Shown in pieces: positions 1-40,400 of a DNA stretch of 64,000 nt. This DNA is from Vicugna vicugna. Taxonomy: Eukaryota. The position numbers and the translations under genes are program-made. The stretch spans positions 456,107-520,106 of the forward strand of contig MU060876.1 in NCBI GenBank assembly GCA_013265495.1. Reading direction: 5' to 3'. The notes under the pieces were generated by a model that was not told the DNA's origin, ran no database searches, and worked only from the letters and a program-made list of their open reading frames with translations. How positions within the stretch are numbered: the first letter of the stretch is position 1; every line of letters starts with the position of its first letter.

Positions 1-1229
1 TAGTTTCTGTATTGTTGTTGGATATATAGTATTAGGGACAGTAGAAAGGCAACAATTTTCAAGTATAAATATGATTCTGATAAAAATAAGGAGAAATTTC
101 AGGGAAAAACACTGGTAAGATTCCTATGTCCCTACTTTTACATATAAGAGAGGGTTGTAAAGTCAAAGATGGACCTTGTGGCCTAGGGTAGCCTCAGTGG
201 TCAATGACCTGGCCATTACTGATTCTTAGCAACAACAAAAGCAAGTTTTTAAGATAGTTTCAAATAGTAATTGCTTTCTTGCCATGCTTATTTTTCCTTT
301 TTTATATTCCTTTTATTGTGCTCAGTTGTTACCCTGCTTTTCCTTGTGATGTTTAGCAATTGTGGTTATGAATGTTTTGATTTAAGCTTTTTGGGGATAA
401 CTCGTTTTCTGCTTTTTCCTGAGGACTGAGAAATAATTGCATGCTGCTCTGTATTTCTGTGGTGGGGGTGTTGTGGCCACAGCACAGCTGTTGGCCTCTG
501 CCAGCTGCTAGAGCTAAAACTGCACTGTTGGCTCGGAGGCCTGCTTTCGCCAGTAGCCCCTGAGGAGCGAGAGTGGGACACGCACGATGGGTTGAGGACA
601 AGACCCGGAGGTCGTTATTTTAGAGCCTGTTACTGTCATGGCCCTTAAATAATGGGTAGTTTGTACTGTTTGTTTCCTGTATGTACATTCTTAAAAAAGA
701 AAAAAAGAAAACAAATCAATTAATTTGATGTTTTTTAAAAGATGATACTTTTATATGGTTTAAACATTTAAAACCTAAATTAAAAACACAGTAAAAAGTC
801 TCCCACCTGGCGCCCATCTGCCTAGTTCTCTGCCCCGTCCCTAAAACAGATTGTCAATTAATAGTTTCTGATGTGTGGTTTTTTGTTTTTTGGTTTTTTT
901 TTGGTATATATATTGCTTTTCCCTCTATTTTACACAATTGTTAGCATACTGTTTATATGGTTCTGTGTGTGTGTCTATATATATATTTGGGGGGGGCAGA
1001 TTTAAAGTTAGTGACATTCCAGGAATGTTAAAAGCAATTGCACAGTTAAATAGCTTTTTTTTTTTTAATTTTGACTTTAATTTATAGAGGACCTGATTCT
1101 AGTGTCCACTGGAGCCAGTACTCCAAAGAGTATCAATTCATTTCATTCATTTGTTGGTTTTTAATTGATCTGAAACACCAAATACAATTATAAGATAAAC
1201 TAAATCATTAAATATTTTTTCTTGTGTAG

Positions 1230-29824
<28,595 letters not shown>

Positions 29825-30000
29825 TTTTCTTCAGTTTTTTGACTGAATATGCAAGGTTTAGATACTTTAACGGACTCTAATGGAATGAAACCAGGCTGAG
29901 AACAAGTAATTTTAGAAGCCCTTTCTATTAAATTCAGGAGCTTCTATTATATCAAAGTCAATTCTATATATATCTCCTCTATTGATTGGTTTTTACCTCA

Positions 30001-30006
30001 AATAAA
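30001..30006 (+). terminator. Candidate GFM1 polyadenylation signal (AATAAA)
   Basis: First AATAAA after the stop codon, about 177 nt downstream. Confidence 0.55.
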
Positions 30007-30382
30007 ATATTATTACGGAAATACATTTAATACTGATTTAAGGGGGAAGAGGCTTATTTCTGTTATACTTCTAAGCTTAGAACGTGTATAAACTTCCAAA
30101 TTTTTTATAAGAATTTTCAACATACAGAAAAGCTGAAAAAACAGTACAGAGAGTGGCCATATACCTTCCATTTGGACTCAACAGTGGACAATTTTGGTAA
30201 CAGTTTGTTGATCAAATAATTTCCTTTGTCATGTTTGCTTTATCTGTTTGTCTGTTGTCCATGTATGTCTTATACTTCCATTTTTTTTAAAAATTGTTTT
30301 GCTGAATACTTGGAAGTGAATTGCATATATCATGATACTATCTTGGATTGTCATCTTTTAATTGGCAGCCTTTTTAAGAGTG

Positions 30383-30655
30383 GATTCCTTTGTGACAACG
30401 TGGATGACCCTAGAAGAGATTATGCTAAGTGAAGTAAGTCAGAGAAAGATAAATACTGTATGATTTTTACCTATAGGTGGAGTGTAAAAAAACTAATGAA
30501 CAAACATTAAAATGGAAGCAGACTCATAGATACAGAGAACAAACAGGTAGGTGTTTGTTAGAGAGGAGGGAGGAGTCAGGAGAGAGGAGTGAAATAGGTG
30601 AGGGAGATTAAAAGGTCCATACTTCCAGTTACAAAATAAATGAGTCCTGGGAATA
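30383..30655 (+). mobile_element. L1 3' UTR fragment (L1MA-like)
   Basis: GGATGACCCTAGAAGAGATTATGCTAAGTGAAGTAAGTCAG...GACTCATAGATACAGAGAAC. Confidence 0.75.
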
Positions 30656-31289
30656 AAATTATTTTTTAAGGAATGGATTCTATATGATCTTAATAGAGAA
30701 TGTTTTTCAGATTCTTTATTTGGATATTAAAATGCTAGCTAGATTTCTAGCTATTTTATGTAGAGCTGATTGCTTCAATTTGTGGCTTCCGCAGATTTTT
30801 ATCTGCTTGTTTTTAGGAGTGTAAATGTTACTTTTTGCAGACCTATGAGGTGAAAAACAGACCCTTGCATATGCTTTTCTTATCTATATTCATCTTAGTG
30901 TTTCTGCAGCTCAAAATAATAAAAAATTTATAATTAACAGGCTTGCTGCCTAGTCTGTTTCATTCACCTTGTAAATGCTAGCTGAATTTGAGTCTGTTAG
31001 AATTTATCATGTATTGTATTCATTGAGATTGTGAAAGAACAAATGTTAAGCTTTTGTTCCTAGAATATGTTGGACTTTGCCAGACAATTCCACCATATTC
31101 AGAATTGCCTCATCCAAAAATCATCTGATGTAATAGACATGCCCTAGTCCTTTCCCTTAGTGAATAATACAAATAAAATAACTGGCTTAAATTTCTTTGT
31201 TTTTCTTGATTTATAGATTTGACTTTATAACTTAAGGTTCCTAGAAAAAAAATCTTTAAAAAATATTGAGCAAGTGTTTTCAAGGCATT

Positions 31290-31440
31290 TGCTAAATGCT
31301 TGATATGCATGATCTAATTTCGTTTTTACAACCCTATGAAAGTAAATTACTAAATGTCCATTTTTGTAATGGAGGTGGCAGAAGCACAGAGAAGGTAAGT
31401 AACTTGTCCAAGATCATACAGCTCATTAACTTTTCAAATT
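31290..31440 (-). mobile_element. MIR
   Basis: GAAGCACAGAGAAGGTAAGTAACTTGTCCAAGATCATACAGCT. Confidence 0.7.
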
Positions 31441-32029
31441 GATAATGCAGTTATTATACTCACCAAACCAACTGCATTTTCCCATAAATATATCTGTTGC
31501 TACAGTAGCATCAGGCCTGAAAAATATTGTTGCTTTGGCATTTCATGAGCATCTCACGGTATTGATAATGACTTTGAATAGTGTTCCTAATGAGGAAATA
31601 CCTTCTTAGAACTTAGCACAGTTCCTCTGGTTATTGCCAACAGTTAGAAATATTAGAACATAAGATGGATAAATTTGGATTTGTTTTTAACTTGGTCTGG
31701 TTATGATGGTATGGTTCCTGGAAAGAGTCTAGATATCTAATGTGACACCAGCATTTCATAGGCAATGACACAGGCCCAGCTGGTGGGAGTAACTAGAACA
31801 GGATCACACAGGGGCCGATCCAGGACCAGAACCCACATCTCTTGCTAAGTCATTAGTCTGGTTATAGTTTAAAGACCACATACCAGCCAAAGTCTCTACA
31901 AGGAAAAAATTAATGAGGATATTCATAAGTAAGTTTCTTTTATACTACTAAAGAATAATTATTGGCTAATTTAAAAACAGACAGTATTATTTGTGTTGGA
32001 GAATAGTGGCAGCACTAGGGAGTATTGCC

Positions 32030-32174
32030 CTGATTCCCAATCCTGGCAGCACTTTAAAAATCACCCAGAAGCTTTAAAAATACCCAGGCCAACCCTTAGA
32101 TACTCTCATTCTTTGGATCAAGAACAGAAGTTTTCTGGTTTATTCAAATATACAGACAAGGTTAAAGACCATTG
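32030..32174. mobile_element. MER5-like hAT fossil (partial)
   Basis: AAATCACCCAGAAGCTTTAAAAAT...AAGACCATTG pattern. Confidence 0.5.
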
Positions 32175-33737
32175 TAATGTCACCTGCACCTCCAAAACAT
32201 GAAATGCAGATATGTCACACTATTAATATTTTGTGTGAAGTTAGAGTTTGGGCTGTTTGTTTTTAGTTTGATAACTTTACCCTTAAAGATACAGTTTTCT
32301 GTTATTCCTTTCCTCTTTGCTTACTCTTAGATTGTTTAGTTTGTGAAGACACTTAATTCTGAAGTTTTAGGATTTTTTCAGATTTTAATGTTTTTGAAAT
32401 CTGGATGAGTCTGTAAATTGATACCAGTGAAACAAGGCAGCCACCAGGTAAGTAGTACGTTGTGACATGTAGGAATACATCCCTGTGTAGAAAACAGCTA
32501 TTTGCATTGCTAAAACTATACATTTTTATATTAGAGCTTTAATTGTTGCTTGGTGTCTTCAGGTACCACTGTAATGCATCATTGAAGTAGTTAATGTATT
32601 CACAGGCAATTTACTGTGAGCATTCATACAAATAAGCGTCAGGCAGCATGTTAGGTGACTGTAGCACTTTGAAATCTAGGAAAGGTCACGGAACAGGTCA
32701 TTGAATTTTCTAAGCTGTGAGAAATTAGTGTAGTAAAACTCATGTCATGGAAGACATTCAAAGGCTAATACAGAATCTTCCAACTGACTTTCAAAAGAAT
32801 TTGTTTAACTTCTAACTGAATCATAATTCAGGTAGGAAAAATGAAACTGAGTAGAATCAAATGGAATGCAGACAAAATCCTGGTGTTATTTTGTACATCT
32901 TAAAATTTCTGAAAATTCTGAAGAGATTAGGAAAATCACTGTAATGCTGTATATAACTGCCACTGGGTCAGACTGAGTCTTAATTCTTTACACTCAATGA
33001 AAAGAGGGCTTAGGGTATTTAGAAGGTTTAATTCTATGTCAAGGCAGATGAAGTAATTTTTTTCTGTTTGTTAGCTAGCAAAATCGGTATTAATAGAATC
33101 AAGTCAGCAATTTTAGAGTTTGTGTTAGAAAAGATGTTCTAGTGGTGATACTGAGAAATTTTTTCGTGGTTTAACTTTGTGGGTTTTGCGAATTTATAAA
33201 TTCGGTAAGTTTTTATATGTGTAGATATACTGAAGTCTGTTAAAGGGCCATTTTAGATTCCTTGCCTGATTGAATTATGGTCACATTTGTGAGCCTGATT
33301 TCACTAATAATGCCTTTATGAGGATGAGATCTGCCCCACCTCCTGGCTACAGGTTTTCAGATGTGGATATAAGCATTCATTAAATGATATTAACTTTGAG
33401 AGGCATATGCTGGCCCGTTTCCTGGATCGAATCTTCCTTCCTGGTTAGCTACTCCACTGAATCTGATAATGGTATATGTTGTATTTGCTTTTATAAACTA
33501 CTTAGGCCAATATTGGGTCCAGATTGTCCTTACAAATGAAAGTTGTAAATACTTTGTAAACTTTTAGTTACATCACTGTTTCATTTAATGTGTATTTGCA
33601 GACAGACACTCGGCTTTATCTGTGAGATACTATTTTTTTTTGTAAAATTTGAATTACACAATATTTAGAGATCATTTAATCCCAGTTTAGCATAAATTTT
33701 GACTATAGACAAATCTCTACAAACACATTTAACACAT

Positions 33738-33757
33738 TTTATTTAGAAACATTTATT
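33738..33757 (-). terminator. Tandem candidate RARRES1 polyadenylation signals
   Basis: TTTATT on + at 33738-33743 and 33752-33757 (AATAAA on -), about 540 nt past the stop. Confidence 0.5.
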
Positions 33758-34290
33758 TGAAAGTAGGTATCAGTTAAAAAGGAATACTTGCTTGAAATCA
33801 AAAAATAAAATTCCTTTTAAACAGGTAATATTTTCCTTATAATTTGCTTTCACTGTAATATATTATCTTTTTTACATGTTAGGTAAAAGCATCATAAAAT
33901 AGTTGGCTACAGTATATTCAAAATATTGAGAAATGCAGATTTACAGATGTGACCATCAAGTCTATTTTGCTGTGTTTTTTTTAAATACTTATTGGTCCAG
34001 CTGCAGCACACAGTAATGAACTAGGTTTTGCAATTTAGGGTTGAAACCCTGAGGAACCTGCAGGGAGACTGTTTAGCACTGAGCAGAGTTCAGTGTGTAC
34101 ATGCTCCCAGAGTTAAAAGTAAACCAAACCAATCAAAAAACAGAAACCCCAACATCTTTTGAGTATTTACTTGTAATCCCAGGCCTCCCTAAATTACCAG
34201 AATGCCGTATACCTTGGCTATTTTACTAGAGTAATGATTTCGGCTATTTAGTATAGTCATTTGGTGTAAGCAGACGATCTTTTTTGCTTT

Positions 34291-34440
34291 TCAGAAATTA
34301 CTAAGCTCTGTTGGTGCCACAGCTGATCCCTCTTCTGTTCCAGAGGCTTCTTCTGGTGTCTGTACCTCTTGACAGTGGTACTTCACTTTCAGTGGTTTGC
34401 CAGGGTACCAGACCAAGTGAATATGACAGGGAATGATTTC
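34291..34440 (-). CDS. RARRES1: RARRES1 exon 6, coding part (49 aa + TGA)
   Basis: cccag| acceptor; TGA at 34293-34291. Confidence 0.95.
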   Translation of the reverse strand, partial: EIIPCHIHLVWYPGKPLKVKYHCQEVQTPEEASGTEEGSAVAPTELSNF

Positions 34441-37400
34441 CTGGGAAATAAGAGTTCTAAAATTATGATCTACAAAAACTTCCGGCTAAAACAATTCCGT
34501 ATACTGTTTTGTTTTACCTGTGTTGAGAATTCATGAAGTAGAACAGTATAACCAAAATCAATTGCATCATCATTTGTTTTCTGGAGGAAGGAAAAAACAA
34601 TAATTAGTGCAATAGCTAGAGTAAGTTGACTTTAGCTCAGAATTTGGAAGGCTCACCTTATATAAATCCTTGCTTTGGCTAGGTGCCTTGAACCTCCTGC
34701 TACCTGTTCAAGTCTAAGCCTCATCTCCTGTGGTGGTTGGTATTCTGTGTTACGATATGGAAGTCATGGATTCTTCTTGTTTTGTCACTGAGGCATGTAG
34801 AAACCTAGTAATGTCTTTTTTTTTTTTTTAATGGGTTTTGATAGAGGCTAAGGTCTATTGAGTATAGGTAGAATTTTTTGACCACCTTAGGAGTCTAGTT
34901 ACTGTGTATGCACCTCAAGCCAATAGGTTAGCCCTGATATGCCAGGCAGTAAGAAAAGGGATAGGGCAGCCAGGATTTCTAGGCCACCATGGGCCAGATT
35001 GTGCTAGGCACTTAGTACATACTCTGGAAGAGAGGAGAATTCCCTGAGAACATGTATAATGAGCCTGGTTTTACAGGGAGGGTACTTGAGGTTATAGCTA
35101 GTGACATCAGGATTCAAACTCAGACCTACTGTCTCCATCACCCACATTCTTCATGCTTTACCATACCACTTCTAAAACCAGCACTTTGGATATTTACAGG
35201 TAGCTAGGCAGTCTTCCTCTTACCTTCTTTATTCACTTGATTTTTATAAACTTTACTAGTGACCATACCAATTTCCTATTTTCTTTTTACTTTTTTTGGA
35301 GGGGGAAAGGTTGGGGGCAAGGGTGCTTATCCCCTTTCCTAGTAAAAATGGAGGAGAATTTTAAAATAGATCTACAAGGCTTTCACCGAGACTACTTAAG
35401 AATATGAAAAAACAAAAAGGACTTGACTTGATACTAAGTTTTATCTTCCCTTTGCTTACAGTGATGGAGATTTTTTTCAAGCCATGAAATTTGCAGCAGT
35501 TGGGGAGGGTGCTGGAGGGAGAAGACACAGGAGAGGGCCTGGCTCCATCAGAAATTGACGGCTCTTCTATGATACTTTGCTTCATTGGGTGGGTTTCCCT
35601 TTTGTCTAACAGTGTACCTATGAATGATGAAAGCAAATATCCAAAATACAGGCTGCAAAGATAGAACTCAGGAGAGAAAATTCAGTGTCTTATGTCAGTT
35701 TCTGAAGGTGCCAGTGATCAGTTGGGCATTGCTAGGTTTGGGGGTGAATTTAGCCTTGTTTGACCCTCCTTTGGTGACGATCTTGACCTTTGACTGTATT
35801 GACACAGCTGGCTGCTATGTTGTACTATTTCTGTCTCAGACTTTCGTGCTGCCTGCATTAGTTCTCAAGGCTTGACTGTTTACCATGTATTTCTACAATT
35901 TAAAAATTGGTCTTAGTGTTTTTTCAGGACAATGCCTCCTTCTGTTTTTGAAAATAGCATTTCTGAAGGAAATCATGGGAATCTACAGATTTTAGGCAGA
36001 AAGGAAGCAAGGCTTGAAACAAATGATGGCATTCGAATTCCATCTGACAAACTGTTCTGCCAAATACAAAATGTTACCTATTTTTAAATAATCCAAACAA
36101 AATTTGGGATTATTTTAATGCTTAGACACCCTGTACCATTTAATTAAGACCTTCCTGAATAAAGTTATTGAAACACACCTTACATTTCTGTTTTTCTAGG
36201 TTCTTCCTCCTCCAGGAGGAAGCACCCTCAAACAAAACCGAAAGCAGGGCTTACTGAAGATCTGCGGCCTGGACACTGCATACCTGGCTAGCAAAGGGTC
36301 CAGGCTGCACTGTCTGCACCAAGTGAGGCTCTGCCAGGAAGCCACCATTCTTTATATTACCCAGAAACAATCTCCTTGGCTTATGTATTCAGATAATGAC
36401 CAATGTCAAATCCTTAGAGTCCAAACTGATGATGACTTACTGTCGCATCTTCTGGTAACTCAGCACTTTAATGTTCCTAGAGACAGACTGAAGTGTTTTG
36501 TTTCCTTATACTTACTCATAACCCACACCATCCCCATTTCTCCCCGCACTGTCCCCCAACCCAAAAGAATGATCCCTAAGAGAACCATGTGGTTTTATAC
36601 ATTTTTTTCCTGTAGCCAACAAGTATCTCCCCTGCCCTTCGCTTAGTCCTCATGGTTTGGGAATGACATGTTCTTCAGTTCTAAGGCAATAATGCCAGTA
36701 AGATGGGTCTTATGTTTGTATTTCAGTCTGTCTTAGCCTGCTCTTTTCCCAGGCTGTGTTCTTTTGGGGCTATGAGGTTGTAAGGCTGCACTTCTTTACA
36801 TAATTGAATTAAAAGGTAAGTTTAATTCAGAGTATAGAGATAGCAATTCCCACCCAGAAAGCTTTTGGAAAAACTATAATCCCTATAGTTTCCTGAACTG
36901 TCTTGGGCCGTGGAGCACCTCTGGTCACTTCCTGCTTCTGTGTCTTGGCTTTGTCAGCCCTTCTGTCCTACGTACAGTCTCTAGAACAGACCTAGACTTT
37001 CCGATCTTTCTTAGTGGTTTTTAAAAAACTGTTGCTTGTTTTGCTTGTTGCTTCTTTTTCTGAAAGATCATAAGAAACTTTAATGGCCACCAAATAGCAG
37101 AATTTGATAATCTACTTGGATGATGCATGCTTTTAAGGGAGCCCTAAGATGAAATGCATATCAACCTTGAAACCAAATTTCCCAGTTGCTTCAGTGTTTA
37201 GATTTATGTTCGTTTCAAGGGCTTCAATAAATTTGTTAATCCTCATTTCCTAGTCCTAATTTGTTTTGGGTGACCCAGCAAGTCAGGTGCATATTCAATT
37301 ATTATTTATGTAAAATCCAAATCCCACAGGGTGAAAAAAAATCAAAAACTCCTACTCAGTGACCATTCTCTTCCTTCCTTTTCTGTTTTCTGAGCTGTAC

Positions 37401-40400
37401 AATCACATTTGTCTCCACTTTCCTACCTGCAGGTTGGTTGAGGGCTATTAATGGACAGATAATGGACATCAAAGACCGGCTAGAATGAGCAAACCAGGGC
37501 TGCCGTTTTTGAGCCACAGTATGTCTGGGTCATTACTCTGGTGATGTGTCATATACAAATGCAGAAGAATGGAAAACACGGACATTAAGAGATCCTAACT
37601 TTTTCTCTTTTGTCTCTGTTGCTCTATTCCTAATGAGTTTTCCTCTGACATTCATTAATCTTGACACCTTTTTCTACATCAAACAAAAAAATTCCCCATA
37701 ACTTCCCAGTTAAGGTAAAAGCCTTTGGTTGAGGATATGACTGTCTTGATAGATGAGAGAAACTTTTATCTAACAAAAGAATTAGTGTTATATCCTGACT
37801 CTTGATATATCAATTAAATGGTCACTTCTATTAAAAAGCACTCTATAAGGGGAAATAAATGTGTTCATTTCGATAAGTAAGGAAAAATTTCAAACAGTTA
37901 TCTCTTTTACAAGTGGTCTTTGGAAGGCACACCAAGCTGTTCCTGGCAATAATGCTGACTGGATGGTAGACACATCCTAGTACTCAGAAGATACTCACTG
38001 ATGCTCTAGCTGTCTATCCATGGTGAGCCCACTGCTTCACCCATCCATGTAGAAAACGACTTTTAGAAATTTGTGCTTATGGTTGGCTCAGCCCGCCTCT
38101 CTGAGTAGTTGATTCTGCTTACTCTGGAAGTGCCCGCCCCCTCCATCACACTTGCCTGACAGAAACCCCAACTCAGCCTCCTCCACTTCCACACCTGCAC
38201 AGTTGAGTGACTGGACCTCTAAATTCGTGACCATAGACCTTCAGGGGCCTGCAGTACTGCGTCAAGTCCACACCTTTCTCCACACTCCATTCTCATCCAC
38301 ATACCTTCTGTCTCATCCTTGCTCTCAGCTGGAGACTGCCTCACTTTCACTGAGAAGACAAACATTCAGAACTTCCACAAGCTACCACCTGCCCTTCACC
38401 AGCATCTATGCCACACTCATCTTCCTCCAGGGGACTCTCTGTGCTCCCGTCCAAGGTCGCCTCCCAGATGGGCCTTTTCTTCCTATCTACTCAAAGGTAT
38501 TAACTCCAACAAGCCTGCCTTCTCTTTCCTACAAGTCCTGCTTGGCTCCTCTCTGCTGGATTTTCCTTATCTACATATAAATATGCTATTAAATCTCCCA
38601 ACCTAAAGATACAACAAAAAGCCCTCCTTCCACCCTGTGCTTCCCCACCCTCTAGCTACAGCCCTTCCCTTTCTTTATAACAAAATTCCCTGAAAGAGTG
38701 TCTACTGCCTCTCCTCCTGTTCTCTCCCGAACCAACTCCAGTCAGGGTTTTGCCCACATTGTGCCAGTGAGATAGCTCTAGATAAGCTCTCCATCGACTT
38801 CCAACTGCCTGAAACCAAATGTCAATTCTCAGTCCTCATCCTACCTGACTTTCCAGCAGCATTTGATACAGTTATTCAGTCCTCTCACCCTTGAAACACT
38901 TTTTCTCAGATCTCCAACCTCAAATTCGAAGTGTTCCAGAACTCAATCCTGACCTAACTTTTCTCTGTCTATGCTCATTCTCTGTGATCTCATCCACTTC
39001 TGTGGCTATAAAAAAAACCATCCATGTGGGAATACTACAGCCCAAACCTATCCCCTGAACTTCAGCCTCTTATATCCAGATGACTTTACAGATCCTCTAC
39101 CTGGTTACAGAATTTAGAATACCCCAAATCAAGCTAATTTCCACCCAAATCTGTTGTTCTGTAGTCTTCCCCAATCAGTAAATGAAAACTGTCCATCCAG
39201 TTACTCAGGCCAAAATCCTAAGAATCATCCTTGACTTGTCTCATTCTCTGATATCTCCATATCCATCTCACCAATAAATACTGTTGGTCTACCTTCAAAA
39301 TATATCCAGAATCCAGCCACTTACCACCTCCACTGCTGCCATCCTGGTCCGAGTTACCACTGGGTCTTGCCTAGATTATTGTAATACTTCACTGGTCCCC
39401 TGGCTTCCACACTTGCTATCTTGGCCTGTTCTCAACACAGCAGCCAGAATGGCCCTATTGTAAGTCAGACTGTGTCACTCCCCTGCTAAAAACCCTCTAA
39501 TGAATAAAAGACAAGGTCCTTCTAAAGACCTCCAAGGCTTAACACAACCTGATCCCCTCCACCTGATCTCAGCACCCCACATACTCGCCTTGCTCACTCT
39601 GCTCCAGCCACACTAGCCTCACTGCTGTTTCCCCAACCCCTCAGCCACGCTGCTGGTCAGTTCCCTCTGCCTGAAACGCCTTCCCTTATGGAAGTGTGGC
39701 TCACTCTCCCTTCCCTAGGCCTCTGCTCCAATGTCGCCTCTGCTCCAATTAGAGGGGCCCTTAATTTAGACCGTAAGTAGTCCTGTCAGTACTCTGCATT
39801 CCCTTTTCCCTACTTAATTTTTCTCCTTAGCACTTACACCACCGGACATGTATTTGCTTGTTTATTAGTGCACTGTCTTTCTTACCTTCTTTCACTGGAA
39901 TTAGTCTCAATAAGGGTGCTGCATTGTGTTTTGTTCACTGCTGCATCCTTAGTCCCTAAAACATCACCTGGCATTCAAATATTTATTCAGTGAATGAAAC
40001 ACAAAACTCGTGCCGTGAAACTATAAACCCATATGAATTTAGCCTAAGAACATCACATTGGTTGTATTTCTTAAGGTACAAGTTAATTTTCAGTTTTTCT
40101 TACCCACTGCTTCACCCTGCTGAGCTGTGCCATGTAGTAGTGTAAAAACTGCGTTGTCTTTTCCCACATCACGTAAGAGCTGCCCAGAAAGGCTAAATCC
40201 CAGATGGGTTTCAGAGAAGGATCAATATGTCCGTGATTATCTGAAGGCACACAAAAAAGCACACTTGTTTTAAGACATTTTTAGGGCAAAATTTCAGAAA
40301 TTTCAGTGATAGAACTTGTACCTGTTTCTATGTTATATGGAGATTTACATGCTTCAAAACTTGGCCTAAGTAAAGCTACTATAAAACAGTTTAAGGACTA

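Noticed and set aside
35784-35796. DR1-like nuclear receptor site TGACCTTTGACTG in RARRES1 intron 4
   Set aside because: One half-site is degenerate, and such matches are expected by chance in 64 kb.
36180-37510. + strand acceptor-like sites (36199, 37432) as extra GFM1 3' or antisense lncRNA exons
   Set aside because: There is no matching strong donor or ORF, and this cannot be supported without transcript data.
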